This document shows positions 19,001-25,691 of a DNA stretch of 32,000 bases, in pieces; within the stretch, counting starts at the first letter, position 1; every line of letters starts with the position of its first letter. The notes beneath the pieces are model-generated. The model was not told the origin of the DNA and ran no database searches. It saw only the letters and a list, made by a program, of their open reading frames with translations. The stretch comes from Candidatus Kuenenia stuttgartensis (lineage in GTDB: Bacteria > Planctomycetota > Brocadiia > Brocadiales > Brocadiaceae). The stretch spans positions 570,001 through 602,000 of the forward strand of contig NZ_LT934425.1 of the NCBI RefSeq assembly GCF_900232105.1, given 5' to 3'. The position numbers were made by a program, and so were the translations under genes.

Positions 19001-21763
19001 TCTTACAATACTAGCATGCCCACTTATTAACGCCGTATTTTCAATGGTTGGATGAAAGGTAACCGGGACTGCCCATTCTCCTGAACCAGAAAAATCTTGA
19101 GTCCACTTACCGCCTTCAAACTCGGAGCCACATACCCAACCATCGCCATTTTGCTCGTCCATTGTATCCGTCAAAGTCCAATTCGTTCCTCCGTCGTGAG
19201 TATAATAAAGCTGTTTGGTCGGCCATAACCCAAGAAACCCTACCATTAATTTGTCAGGATTTACCGGACTCATCGCAATTTGTTGCGCTTGGCCGGTCGT
19301 TCCGTTACTAACAGGAGATGCCTTTGTTTGCGTGAATGTCAACCCCCCGTCTTTTGATTTATAAACGCCATTAGTATTTGCCGTTGCATACATAATATTG
19401 GGATTGTTGTAATTAATTACCGTCGCGTATGGATGAGATGGTAGCCCTGTTCCTATTTTTGTTACTGTTGCGGAACTGCCGTTATCCACAACCTTGTACA
19501 AGCCCCAGCCGGTTGATACAAATAGGATACTGCTATCAGTTGGATGTACTTTTATATCATACAACCCGTCATAGGCGTCTAAAACATACCCGCCTCCCGA
19601 TTTATTGACCAAATTCCACGTCGTGCCGCCATCGATTGATTTTAAGAGTCCGCCTTCACTCTGCGCCGCGTAAATCGTACTTCCCGCAAAAGCAAAATGA
19701 ATACCGCCCACGGCTTTGTATCTATGAAAATGCGCATCTTTAACCATTGTCCAATTATCGCCACCGTCGGTCGTCCTAAATATTCCTTCCGCGTCATGCT
19801 GTTTGGATATTGGCGTGCCACTGGCACTCATCTCACTTCCGGCAACATAAACGATATTCGGATTTGTAGGATCAACGACTATAGAAGCCCCGCCATTGGC
19901 AAAGAATCCATTTGCCTTTCTTTCCCATTTAATACTGTAAGGGTCTGCATTGGCATTTGTGGTTTTCCATACCTGATTTGTGTCGGAAACTAAATATGCA
20001 ATATTGGAATTGGATGGAGCATAAACAATACCACTTATCAACTGCCATCCCTCGCCCCCTGAAAGCCCCGCCGTCTTCTGAGCTTGCGTTCTTTTGACTA
20101 CCTGCTGCCATGTCTGTGTACTGCCAGATTGTTTAGAGATTATGGCTTTTGTACTCTTTTTTGACGATACACTGTTGCGTGATCCGCCAGCAGGATAGTA
20201 CTCAACCAACGTCGTATGCGTCAACTCACTGCCATTTACTGTTTCATCCGAAGTCTCCGAACCCGATGTCACATCTGACTCTGACTCTGTCTCTGACCCG
20301 GTCTCTACTGTCGACAAAGCACCATCTCCCGATACGGTAAAGATGTATCCTTCACCTATGTTATCCTTGCTCTTTAAACTTACCTCGTTACCAACAATGC
20401 TGACATCGGCGCTCCCATCCCCTGACTCAACAAAATAACCGTCAGTCCGCTGCACCGCGGTTACCGTCTCACCCACATTAAGCGTTATAGCCCCTGACAA
20501 CGTCAAAAACACAGCAAAAAGCTTTCCTGTCTTTGGATGACGTGAATACATGACATCACTCCCCGCATAACTCTTTGTACTATGATAAACACTGCCATCC
20601 CATGTACGTTCACTGAGCGGCACATTATTAAGATTATCCCAGTTGGGTATGCACCTTATGAGTTTGAGTCGGGGAGAAACCTCGGTAATACTCTTAAAAC
20701 CCGACATATCTCCTGTGTCGCCAAACCACCCAAACCAATTATACCAGCCGCCGTTAATGCCAGCCTTGGCTGCAAAAAGACGATTCCTGTATTCATCTGC
20801 TTCGTTTGTTTGGGAGTTGCCAACCTTGTCTTTTGTAATATCTACCCCGGCATTAAAATTGTTGGCATCATCTACATAATTTGTATTTTGCGGGCTTTTT
20901 TGGCTTAGCATATCCGGCGTTAGCTCATCCTTGTCTGCCCGGACTTTTACCTGATATATCCATTCATCATTGTCCGACTCACTATAGAGCAACGTTGGTT
21001 GAACGATCCATTTAGAATTCGTGAATTCCTGAGAAATCCTTGTCCTTAATTTCTTGTAAAATGCAGCCATTCCCTCTGAATACGTTGCATACTCATGGGT
21101 AATGGCGCCATGCACCAAACCCAGATCCGCTCCTGTCCAATAAGACAAATCTACAGATATGTTATTCCCCGTTTCGTCTAATCTGTAAAATTCACCTGCA
21201 AGCTTTGGCTCATCAATTATATATCCGCCAAAGGTGAACGGCAACCCTGGGTTTTCATAACTCTTTGCCAGGCTTATAATATTTTCAACTACCTCATCAA
21301 TAACCGCCTGTTGCTGAAAATCCCACATTACGTAAAATTGCTCTGAAGACCCGGCAGGGTGATAACCTGTCGCCAGATTGTAAGGAAACGGATCATGGCT
21401 TTTCCATACCATACGCTGATTGTAAAATTCCTTAGCTTCCTCTGAAAGAGGCTGCGTAATGTCTATCGCCCTGCTATATCCTGATAAAATCTGTGGATAC
21501 CATTGTGGGTTGATCAGATAATACTTAAGGCCTGTGCAATTGGGATTATTGTGATAGTCTGTAACTTCTGAGGATGGATTTATCGCAATGGAATCATACC
21601 CCATCTGCCTTGCATAGCTAACGTCCTCAGATGGTTTATCATTCCAGTGTATGCCATAAATATTTTGATATGCTTTTTCTTCCGCAAAATTCTTTTCGTT
21701 GAAAATAAAAATATGGGCAAATATTAAAAAGAAAATACTTACGCTGCTGATTCTTAGCTTCAT
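13085..21763 (-). CDS. Giant secreted multidomain surface protein, ~2,892 aa. Order: signal peptide, unassigned ~480-aa N-domain, S/E/T linker, Asp-box (BNR/sortilin-like) beta-propeller region, Ig-like x2, Fn3-like, LamG, Big_5 x2, LamG, Big_5 x4, LamG.
   Basis: The track ORF starts at a TTG at 21796. The ATG at 21763 has AGGAG 8 nt upstream and gives MKLRISSVSIFFLIFAHIFIFNEKNFAEE, which looks like a signal peptide. About nine Asp-box motifs are present (TTDGGDNWT, SIDGGTTWN, SKDGGLTFT, THDGGTNWT, TTNGGVTWK, STDKGSTWS, STDYGMTWT and others). The three LamG modules end in G(K/S)(V/I)DEVR(V/I)YN(R/Q)ALS, which resembles Laminin_G_3. The six units PDTTPPEVSTTSPANGATNVAIDSVITGTFSEAM...TVTTGVKDVSGNAM resemble Big_5/SbsA Ig-like domains. 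No C-terminal anchor or sorting signal was recognised. Confidence 0.9.
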   Translation of the reverse strand: MKLRISSVSIFFLIFAHIFIFNEKNFAEEKAYQNIYGIHWNDKPSEDVSYARQMGYDSIAINPSSEVTDYHNNPNCTGLKYYLINPQWYPQILSGYSRAIDITQPLSEEAKEFYNQRMVWKSHDPFPYNLATGYHPAGSSEQFYVMWDFQQQAVIDEVVENIISLAKSYENPGLPFTFGGYIIDEPKLAGEFYRLDETGNNISVDLSYWTGADLGLVHGAITHEYATYSEGMAAFYKKLRTRISQEFTNSKWIVQPTLLYSESDNDEWIYQVKVRADKDELTPDMLSQKSPQNTNYVDDANNFNAGVDITKDKVGNSQTNEADEYRNRLFAAKAGINGGWYNWFGWFGDTGDMSGFKSITEVSPRLKLIRCIPNWDNLNNVPLSERTWDGSVYHSTKSYAGSDVMYSRHPKTGKLFAVFLTLSGAITLNVGETVTAVQRTDGYFVESGDGSADVSIVGNEVSLKSKDNIGEGYIFTVSGDGALSTVETGSETESESDVTSGSETSDETVNGSELTHTTLVEYYPAGGSRNSVSSKKSTKAIISKQSGSTQTWQQVVKRTQAQKTAGLSGGEGWQLISGIVYAPSNSNIAYLVSDTNQVWKTTNANADPYSIKWERKANGFFANGGASIVVDPTNPNIVYVAGSEMSASGTPISKQHDAEGIFRTTDGGDNWTMVKDAHFHRYKAVGGIHFAFAGSTIYAAQSEGGLLKSIDGGTTWNLVNKSGGGYVLDAYDGLYDIKVHPTDSSILFVSTGWGLYKVVDNGSSATVTKIGTGLPSHPYATVINYNNPNIMYATANTNGVYKSKDGGLTFTQTKASPVSNGTTGQAQQIAMSPVNPDKLMVGFLGLWPTKQLYYTHDGGTNWTLTDTMDEQNGDGWVCGSEFEGGKWTQDFSGSGEWAVPVTFHPTIENTALISGHASIVRKTTNGGVTWKYSNTGYTGSAGIVSSPSLFGWDRDDPNVLATFHMDFGPMLTTDGEDTFKSISTATPKGSAAGGAIKGNIIVEINGNWTDGEYKVAVSRNSGDSFAAISGTEGGENDWLNCLMSFHPQNNNILYAGKYRFDNIRTSNAYVAVANSKVVLGMFQGNGDIVYTWGKDGTTGNWYIQKSTDKGSTWSATNLYPSIPVKSGNHIKQIAIDPTNQNRIYAAVRNEGIYIITDTSANGGETIYRGNANGITKSRYGYEDINSVAVDPNNPNVVYAAAYASWYGHSNGIFRSTDYGMTWTNINGNLGSDINIHGISVNPYNSYVYISSFAGTWKLPPPSSTSVADTTAPNCSISINSGDAYIGSRTVTLTLSATDNVGVAGYFLSTSSMTPSASATGWTSVTSSISYTEDVSYTLSSGDGTKMVYVWYKDAAGNVSEASSDSIILDTVNPVATITSPTSSATYETTSSMINLGGNASDSASGVSSVTWSNNKGVSGTASGSTSWNISGIGLSGGENIITITATDGAGNTETDTITVIYTGATTPDGTIPTATTGSATDVTSGTATLNGTVNAGGLLTTVWFEYGETSGSYGSKSSTQSAGGSNEATISIGISGLSAGKTYYYRIAAQNSAGTTYGSKMSFTTSSGMPSTDTSSALHAFYAFDDGSGATATDSSGNNRNGTITGATWTTGKIGGALGFNGTSNYVSIPRLNYDEISVSAWFYKNANDTANADAIFGGWRWSSNLQQQEGFDLRFHQSSPNTLNFILTSKNVSGTRITKTGTYSFSNSVGNWHYAAGTYNKTTGEQKLYVDGQLVNTQLHPAGNTIVPLTSYSDMRIGYSRVNNGYMDGKVDEVRVYNRALSDQEVLSLFNDTVSPDTTPPEVSTTSPANGATNVAIDSVITGTFSEAMEAGSITQSTFLVSGGSGTIGGTVSYNGTTATFTPSGSLAYSTMYTVTVTTGVKDVSGNAMAANYTLSFTTDAAPDTTPPEVSTTSPANGATNVAIDSVITGTFSEAMDAGSITQSTFLVSGGSGTIGGTVSYSGTTATFTPSGNLSSSTTYTATITTGVKDVAGNGMDADYVWSFTTGASPDSTLQAHYAFDEGTGATATDSSGNNRNGTITGATWTTGKIGGALGFNGTSNYVSIPRLNYDEISVSAWFYKNANDTTNADAIFGGWRWSSNLQQQEGFDLRFYPSSPDRLDFILTSKNVSGTRTTKTGTYSFSNSVGNWHYAAGTYNKTTGEQKLYVDGQLVNTQLHPAGNTIVPLTSYSDMRIGYSRVNNGYMDGKVDEVRVYNRALSDQEVLSLFNDTVSPDTTPPEVSTTSPANGATNVAIDSVITGTFSEAMEAGSITQSTFLVSGGSGTIGGTVSYNGTTATFTPSGSLAYSTMYTVTVTTGVKDVSGNAMAANYTLSFTTGAAPDTTPPEVSTTSPANGATNVAIDSVITGTFSEAMEAGSITQSTFLVSDGNGTIGGTVSCSDTTVTFTPSGTLAYSTTYTVTVTTGVKDVSGNAMAANYTLSFTTDAAPDTTPPEVSTTSPANGATNVAIDSVITGTFSEAMDAGSITQSTFLVSGGSGTIGGTVSYSGTTATFTPSGSLAYSTMYTVTVTTGVKDVSGNAMAANYTLSFTTGAAPDTTPPTVSATSPANGATNVAIDSVITGTFSEAMEAGSITQSTFLVSDGNGTIGGTVSCSDTTVTFTPSGTLAYSTMYTVTVTTGVKDVAGNAMAANYTWSFTTGAAQDTTQQAYYTFDEGRGTTATDSSGNNRNGTITGATWTTGKIGGALNFDGNDYVTIPRMNYDEISVSAWFNKNASGTSVIFGGFIYNADVQLQEGFDLYFNSGTPNRLRFVVVTRNTSGTRTVKDATKDFTDSNGSWYHVVGTYNKTTGEQKLYVDGQLADTQTHPSGNVIVPLTSRNYMAIGTRYTDWGFFRGSIDEVRIYNQALSKEEVLLLFNKDTLSDTIPLEVVMMN
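13790..15073 (-). repeat. Four tandem 321-bp units (107-aa Ig-like domain) in an alternating variant pattern, B-A-B-A in plus-strand order
   Basis: Exact 321-bp periodicity is visible in the track as antisense ORFs starting at 13812, 14133, 14454 and 14775. The units at 13812 and 14454 share the SDGNG/SCSDTTVTF variant. The units at 14133 and 14775 share the SGGSG/SY(S/N)GTTATF variant. This implies duplication of a 642-bp double unit. Confidence 0.95.
14753..15742 (-). repeat. Copy 2 of a ~990-bp near-identical segmental duplication (LamG module plus adjacent Ig unit); partner at 16064-17053, offset 1311 bp
   Basis: Direct comparison: 15061-15140 against 16372-16451 differs at 1 position. 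The LamG protein copies are about 95% identical, with differences clustered at 15390-15429 versus 16701-16740. Confidence 0.9.
15743..16384 (-). repeat. Two tandem 321-bp units of the same Ig-like repeat
   Basis: Same unit as at 13790-15073; antisense-ORF phase markers are at 15825 and 16086. The unit at 16064-16384 is near-identical to the one at 14753-15073. Confidence 0.9.
16064..17053 (-). repeat. Copy 1 of the ~990-bp segmental duplication (LamG module plus adjacent Ig unit)
   Basis: See the partner at 14753-15742. The 1311-bp offset equals 669 bp (LamG module) plus 642 bp (two Ig units). Confidence 0.9.
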
Positions 21764-22345
21764 TGCTATTGCTCCTAATAAAAGATTAACTAACAAACAT
21801 GGTGACCTGGCGAGCTTCGGTATTTCCGAAGCCCCATGGCTTTGCGTCCCAACCTCACGATTGGTTTGCCTTTTTCACGTCTGCTATCTCTTATCAGGAG
21901 TTAGCAAACATAAAACTCAATATTTAGATTTGGCGATTCCTCCCTTCTCACTTAAAAATCTTTATTTACGATTTATCTCTACAAATGAGTCCAGTTTTTT
22001 TAAATGTAACTACAACAACTGCAGCTTTCGCAGTTCGCGCAGATTTTGTAATATTAAATTCCACAAATTATTTTTATCTTTTGTCCCTGTAATCTGTGAA
22101 ATCTGCGGTTACAAACACTTTTATTGGTCTGAAGTTTTACCTCGTTAACTGTTATAAATATCGACAATTCTTGAAAATATTTAATAAAATTATAAAACTA
22201 TTTTTAAGAAAAATATTCTCAAAACTAAATATACTACAACCTAAATTCTGCAATGCAATAGCACGTAGATGAGCGCTGACAAAAGCGGATTAAACAAGGT
22301 GCAAAGGTTGCACATTCTAAAAGCTCATAAGAAGTTAAAATTCCC

Positions 22346-22374
22346 TTGCACTGCCCCTCCTGGTTATGTTTAAT
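22346..22374 (+). promoter_or_regulatory. Candidate sigma70-type promoter for the sulfotransferase gene
   Basis: TTGCAC (22346-22351), a 17-nt spacer, then TTTAAT (22369-22374), about 70 nt upstream of the ATG at 22443. Pattern match only; the host promoter consensus is unknown. Confidence 0.3.
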
Positions 22375-22442
22375 ATTGCTTGTAATTTTATTTTCTCAGT
22401 TGGTTACACTAACAACATCCGTTTTACAAAGCATAAGGTATT

Positions 22443-23420
22443 ATGATGAGATTACTATTAGATATCGCCCGAAAATATCGTAAAAAATTTCAACATTATC
22501 AGACTTACCAGAAAATAAAATATTTTGAATCTATCAATAATTTTGACCCAAAGAAAAATATAATAATTACAGGATCTCCGAGAAGTGGTACTACGTGGCT
22601 ACAAGAGTTGTTTTGTGACATTGAAAAAACGTATCCGTTGTTTGAACCACTGCATCTTGATGGCTCCCCAAAGTTTAAAGAAATAGGTTTTGAGTGGGGA
22701 CAGTACATTCCAGAAGATTATAATTGGCCTGAAGCAAAGGAGTTATTCGAAAGCCTTTTTAGAGGACAATATTTAACACCGTTCATGATTTCACATGCCA
22801 GGGTAGCGCAATTAAAAAATGCAGATTTCTTAATTATTAAATATGTAAGAGCAAATTCATTATTACCTTGGTTCGTTAGGCAATTCGATATCAGGCCACC
22901 TATTTATATTCTTAGGCATCCATGTGCTGCAATTGCTTCACAGATGAAAATGAACTGGTACACATGTTCAAAATTTACCATACCAAAAACGAAGTTCCCT
23001 GAAAAATATACAAAATATGAACATATATTAAATAATATTAATACAACACTAGAATATGTAGCAGCCAAATGGTGTTTGGATAATATAATACCATTAAATC
23101 ATCATGGAAATAATAGACTATGGATAACCGTTTTCTATGAAAATTTAATTGCGAACCCTCATGAAGAAGTACCCTATATTTTTAATAGGCTCAATCTGGA
23201 ATTACCTCGAAATCTATGGTATAAGGTTAATGTACCAAGTGCTATGACTGGTAGCATCTCGCCATTAAGACAAAACAAAATAGAACAATTAAGTAAATGG
23301 AAAAATGAGTTATCAGAAAGGGATATTGACTCTATCCTGGGTATGCTTAAAAAATTTGAGATAAAAATTTATGATGATAACATTTTCCCTGTTAAAACCA
23401 AGCAAACTCCAGCGAGGTAA
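22443..23420 (+). CDS. Sulfotransferase family protein (PAPS-dependent), 325 aa
   Basis: The 5'-PSB loop is IIITGSPRSGTTWLQELF. The 3'-PB-like region is ILRHPCAAIASQM. It is the only plus-strand gene in the window. Confidence 0.75.
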   Translation: MMRLLLDIARKYRKKFQHYQTYQKIKYFESINNFDPKKNIIITGSPRSGTTWLQELFCDIEKTYPLFEPLHLDGSPKFKEIGFEWGQYIPEDYNWPEAKELFESLFRGQYLTPFMISHARVAQLKNADFLIIKYVRANSLLPWFVRQFDIRPPIYILRHPCAAIASQMKMNWYTCSKFTIPKTKFPEKYTKYEHILNNINTTLEYVAAKWCLDNIIPLNHHGNNRLWITVFYENLIANPHEEVPYIFNRLNLELPRNLWYKVNVPSAMTGSISPLRQNKIEQLSKWKNELSERDIDSILGMLKKFEIKIYDDNIFPVKTKQTPAR

Positions 23421-23596
23421 AACCTCAGACCAATAAAAACCCCCATTTTTTTGTATAGTTCCTCAAATTCTTCAACCGTGGAAACCTTGTATTTCACTCG
23501 TATTTCAAATATCTCTGTTTTTATCTTTCACCATTTTTTGCAGTGCAGAAAGACTTTCAGACTCTCCCTGAACACTTCTTCCTTAAATTTTCAACA

Positions 23597-24733
23597 TCAA
23601 AGCGTACCTCTATATACATCCAGAGTCATTTCCGCTATCGTTTCCCAATTATATTTTTCGGCAATAGTATTTATCTGTATCTTCCTTTGTTCTTCGTTTA
23701 ATGATCTTTGAATAAATCCTTGTATCTTTAATGCAATAGCATCAACATCTCCGGGCTTAAAAAATCTGTCGCTTTCCAACCATACTTCTCTGTTAGCAGG
23801 AATATCGGATGCAATACAGGAAAGACCATAGCTCATCGCCTCAAGCAAAACTATCGGTAAACCCTCATAGTAAGAAGGTAATACAAAAAGCCCTGCGTGG
23901 CTATAAAGCTCCCACAGCGGTTCACCAGTGAGAAATCCTGTCAATATAATATTACTACTTTGGCTCGCCTTATTTTTTAAATCCAAGCTATATTTATCTT
24001 CATGATCAGCCCTGCCCACGATAACCAGTTTCCACTTTTCTGTTAGAAGGTGGGGGTTAGCAGTTGTCAGTTTATTAAAAGCGACAATCAGGTCGTGAAA
24101 CCCTTTTTCAGGCACAAAGCGCCCTACAGCAAGGATATATTTCTCTTTTGCGAGGGCATACTTTCTCAGGGTATTATTACCCGGTAAAATTGCTGGCAAC
24201 ACTACCCCGTTGGGTATTATTGTTACGCTTCTCTTGTATTTTGCATGAATATGATCCGCTATTGTTTGAGAAATAGTGATTATGTCGTTAGCCCATTTAC
24301 TCCCTGCAAGCTCGCCGAGTTTCAAAATACCCTTTGCCAGTATCCCCCACTTCTTTCTTTGATAATCAGGCCCATGATGAGTCATAACTACTTTTAGTCC
24401 AAAAAGCCGGGCGAGTGGTATGAACAAGGATGGTCCTATTGCATGGATATGCAGGATATCCGGAGAAAACTTTTTTGCAGCAAAAATTCCGATAAAGGTA
24501 TGTAAAAATGTCTCAAGGAATTTATTCTTTAGGCATGGCAAAGGAATTAATGTTACCCCTTTATACTCAGTAATATTTATATCAACGTAGGGTTTTCTGG
24601 TAAAAACTATTACCTCGCAACCTTTTTCAACCAATTGAGGATAGAGATTTTCGCAATGTGCCTCCACGCCACCCTGTATGTGCGGAAATCCACGGGTACC
24701 TAGAACGGCTATTTTAAGTTTAGAATGGTTCAT
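23597..24733 (-). CDS. Glycosyltransferase family 4 (DUF1972-type N-domain plus Glycos_transf_1), 378 aa
   Basis: KIAVLGTRGFPHIQGGVEAHCENLYPQLVEKGCEVIVFTR matches the DUF1972 signature (GtrGiP..yGGfE). C-terminal PSYYEGLPIVLLEAMSYGLSCIASD is the GT4 E-x7-E region. The start is ambiguous: ATGs at 24754 and 24733 both lie inside the heptamer array. 24733 is chosen by comparison with the usual family N-terminus. Confidence 0.8.
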   Translation of the reverse strand: MNHSKLKIAVLGTRGFPHIQGGVEAHCENLYPQLVEKGCEVIVFTRKPYVDINITEYKGVTLIPLPCLKNKFLETFLHTFIGIFAAKKFSPDILHIHAIGPSLFIPLARLFGLKVVMTHHGPDYQRKKWGILAKGILKLGELAGSKWANDIITISQTIADHIHAKYKRSVTIIPNGVVLPAILPGNNTLRKYALAKEKYILAVGRFVPEKGFHDLIVAFNKLTTANPHLLTEKWKLVIVGRADHEDKYSLDLKNKASQSSNIILTGFLTGEPLWELYSHAGLFVLPSYYEGLPIVLLEAMSYGLSCIASDIPANREVWLESDRFFKPGDVDAIALKIQGFIQRSLNEEQRKIQINTIAEKYNWETIAEMTLDVYRGTL

Positions 24734-24822
24734 GGATGATGGCTCTTGGCTCATGGCTCATGGTTCATGGTTCATGGTTCATGGCTGATGGCTCATAGGT
24801 TATGGCTCTTGGCTCATGGGTT
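24732..24822. repeat. Array of 13 imperfect heptanucleotide repeats (plus strand ATGGCTC / ATGGTTC / ATGGCTG / TTGGCTC)
   Basis: Read directly: atggatg atggctc ttggctc atggctc atggttc atggttc atggttc atggctg atggctc ataggtt atggctc ttggctc atgggtt. Confidence 0.95.
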
Positions 24823-24834
24823 TTACATCTAAAA

Positions 24835-24862
24835 TCAGCCATCAGCCATCAGCTATCAGCTA
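24835..24862. repeat. Four heptamers in the opposite orientation (TCAGCCA TCAGCCA TCAGCTA TCAGCTA); the last contains the stop codon of 4HB gene 1
   Basis: Read directly. TCAGCCA is the reverse complement of TGGCTGA, so this array is inverted relative to 24732-24822 across a 12-nt spacer. Confidence 0.95.
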
Positions 24863-25234
24863 AATAGTTTTCTTTATTGCATTTATAAGACTTGAAAGCT
24901 GCTTACCGATTGTATCTCCTGCTATTCGTAAATCATTAAGGTTTGAACTGGAAATCCATTTATTTTTGTAAAATATAGTTAGAAAAGTAATTGTTTCAAA
25001 TAGTGACCCACGTGCGATGTACAGGTATTGGATAAATTCTTTTTTAGAATTACGCCCTTTGCCTTCGGCAATGTTTGCGGAAATTGATGCTACAGATGAT
25101 TCTAATTGTTCTATAAGCCTGTAATGATTCCGATTAGTATTCATTATTTCAGCAATATCAATGACACTTACTGCAAAATCTACAGCTTTTTGCCAAACCT
25201 CCAAATCCTCAAAACTAAACTTTATTCCACTCAT
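24860..25234 (-). CDS. Four-helix-bundle protein (23S rRNA intervening-sequence protein / Avd-like family), copy 1, 124 aa
   Basis: FEDLEVWQKAVDF...HYRLIEQLESSVASISANIAEGKGRNSKKEFIQYLYIARGSLFETITFL matches the family signature (DL.VWQKA...QL.RA..SI..NIAEG..R.S.KE...FL.IA.GS..E). Strong SD present: GGGAGGGGAGGAAA-ATG. Confidence 0.9.
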   Translation of the reverse strand: MSGIKFSFEDLEVWQKAVDFAVSVIDIAEIMNTNRNHYRLIEQLESSVASISANIAEGKGRNSKKEFIQYLYIARGSLFETITFLTIFYKNKWISSSNLNDLRIAGDTIGKQLSSLINAIKKTI

Positions 25235-25255
25235 TTTCCTCCCCTCCCTTGACCA

Positions 25256-25297
25256 TCAGCCATGAGCTATCAGCTATCAGCTATCAGCCATCAGCTA
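25256..25297. repeat. Six heptamers (TCAGCCA TGAGCTA TCAGCTA TCAGCTA TCAGCCA TCAGCTA) between the two 4HB genes; the last contains the stop codon of copy 2
   Basis: Read directly. Confidence 0.95.
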
Positions 25298-25669
25298 AAT
25301 AGTTTTCTTTATTGAATTTATAAGACTTGAAAGCTGCTTACCGATTGTATCTCCTGCTATTCGTAAATCATTAAGGTTTGAACTGGAAATCCATTTATTT
25401 TTGTAAAATATAGTTAGAAAAGTAATTGTTTCAAATAGTGACCCACGTGCAATATACAGATATTGGATAAATTCCTTTTTAGAATTACGCCCTTTGCCTT
25501 CGGCAATGTTTGCGGAAATTGATGTTACAGATGATTGTAATTGTTCTATAAGCCTGTAATGATTCCGATTTTTATTCATTATTTCAGCAATATCAATGAC
25601 ACTAACTGCAAAATCTACAGCTTTTTGCCAAACCTCCAAATCTTCAAAACTAAACTTTATTTCACACAT
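25295..25669 (-). CDS. Four-helix-bundle protein (23S rRNA IVS protein / Avd-like family), copy 2, 124 aa
   Basis: The track ORF extends to 25690. The ATG at 25669 (MCEIKFSFEDLEVW) is preceded by the same GGGAGGGGAGGAAG SD as copy 1 and gives the same length. It differs from copy 1 at 6 of 124 residues, and the two genes are offset by exactly 435 bp. Confidence 0.9.
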   Translation of the reverse strand: MCEIKFSFEDLEVWQKAVDFAVSVIDIAEIMNKNRNHYRLIEQLQSSVTSISANIAEGKGRNSKKEFIQYLYIARGSLFETITFLTIFYKNKWISSSNLNDLRIAGDTIGKQLSSLINSIKKTI

Positions 25670-25691
25670 CTTCCTCCCCTCCCTTGACAAT

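Noticed and set aside
21699-22148. 149-aa plus-strand ORF in the divergent intergenic region
   Set aside because: It begins inside the 5' end of the giant gene on the opposite strand. It has no SD, a composition typical of AT-rich non-coding DNA, and no family resemblance.
23421-23596. Expected bidirectional terminator between the convergent sulfotransferase and glycosyltransferase genes
   Set aside because: I found no convincing GC-rich stem followed by a T-tract on either strand, so no terminator is called.
13085-25669. Diversity-generating retroelement idea: Avd-like four-helix-bundle genes plus near-identical repeat pairs (a TR/VR-like situation) in a surface protein
   Set aside because: No reverse transcriptase gene is in the window. 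The mismatches between the LamG copies (coding strand c/t, a/c, c/t, g/a, a/g, c/g, a/g) are not adenine-specific in either direction. The 4HB genes are more than 3 kb away, embedded in an unrelated operon.
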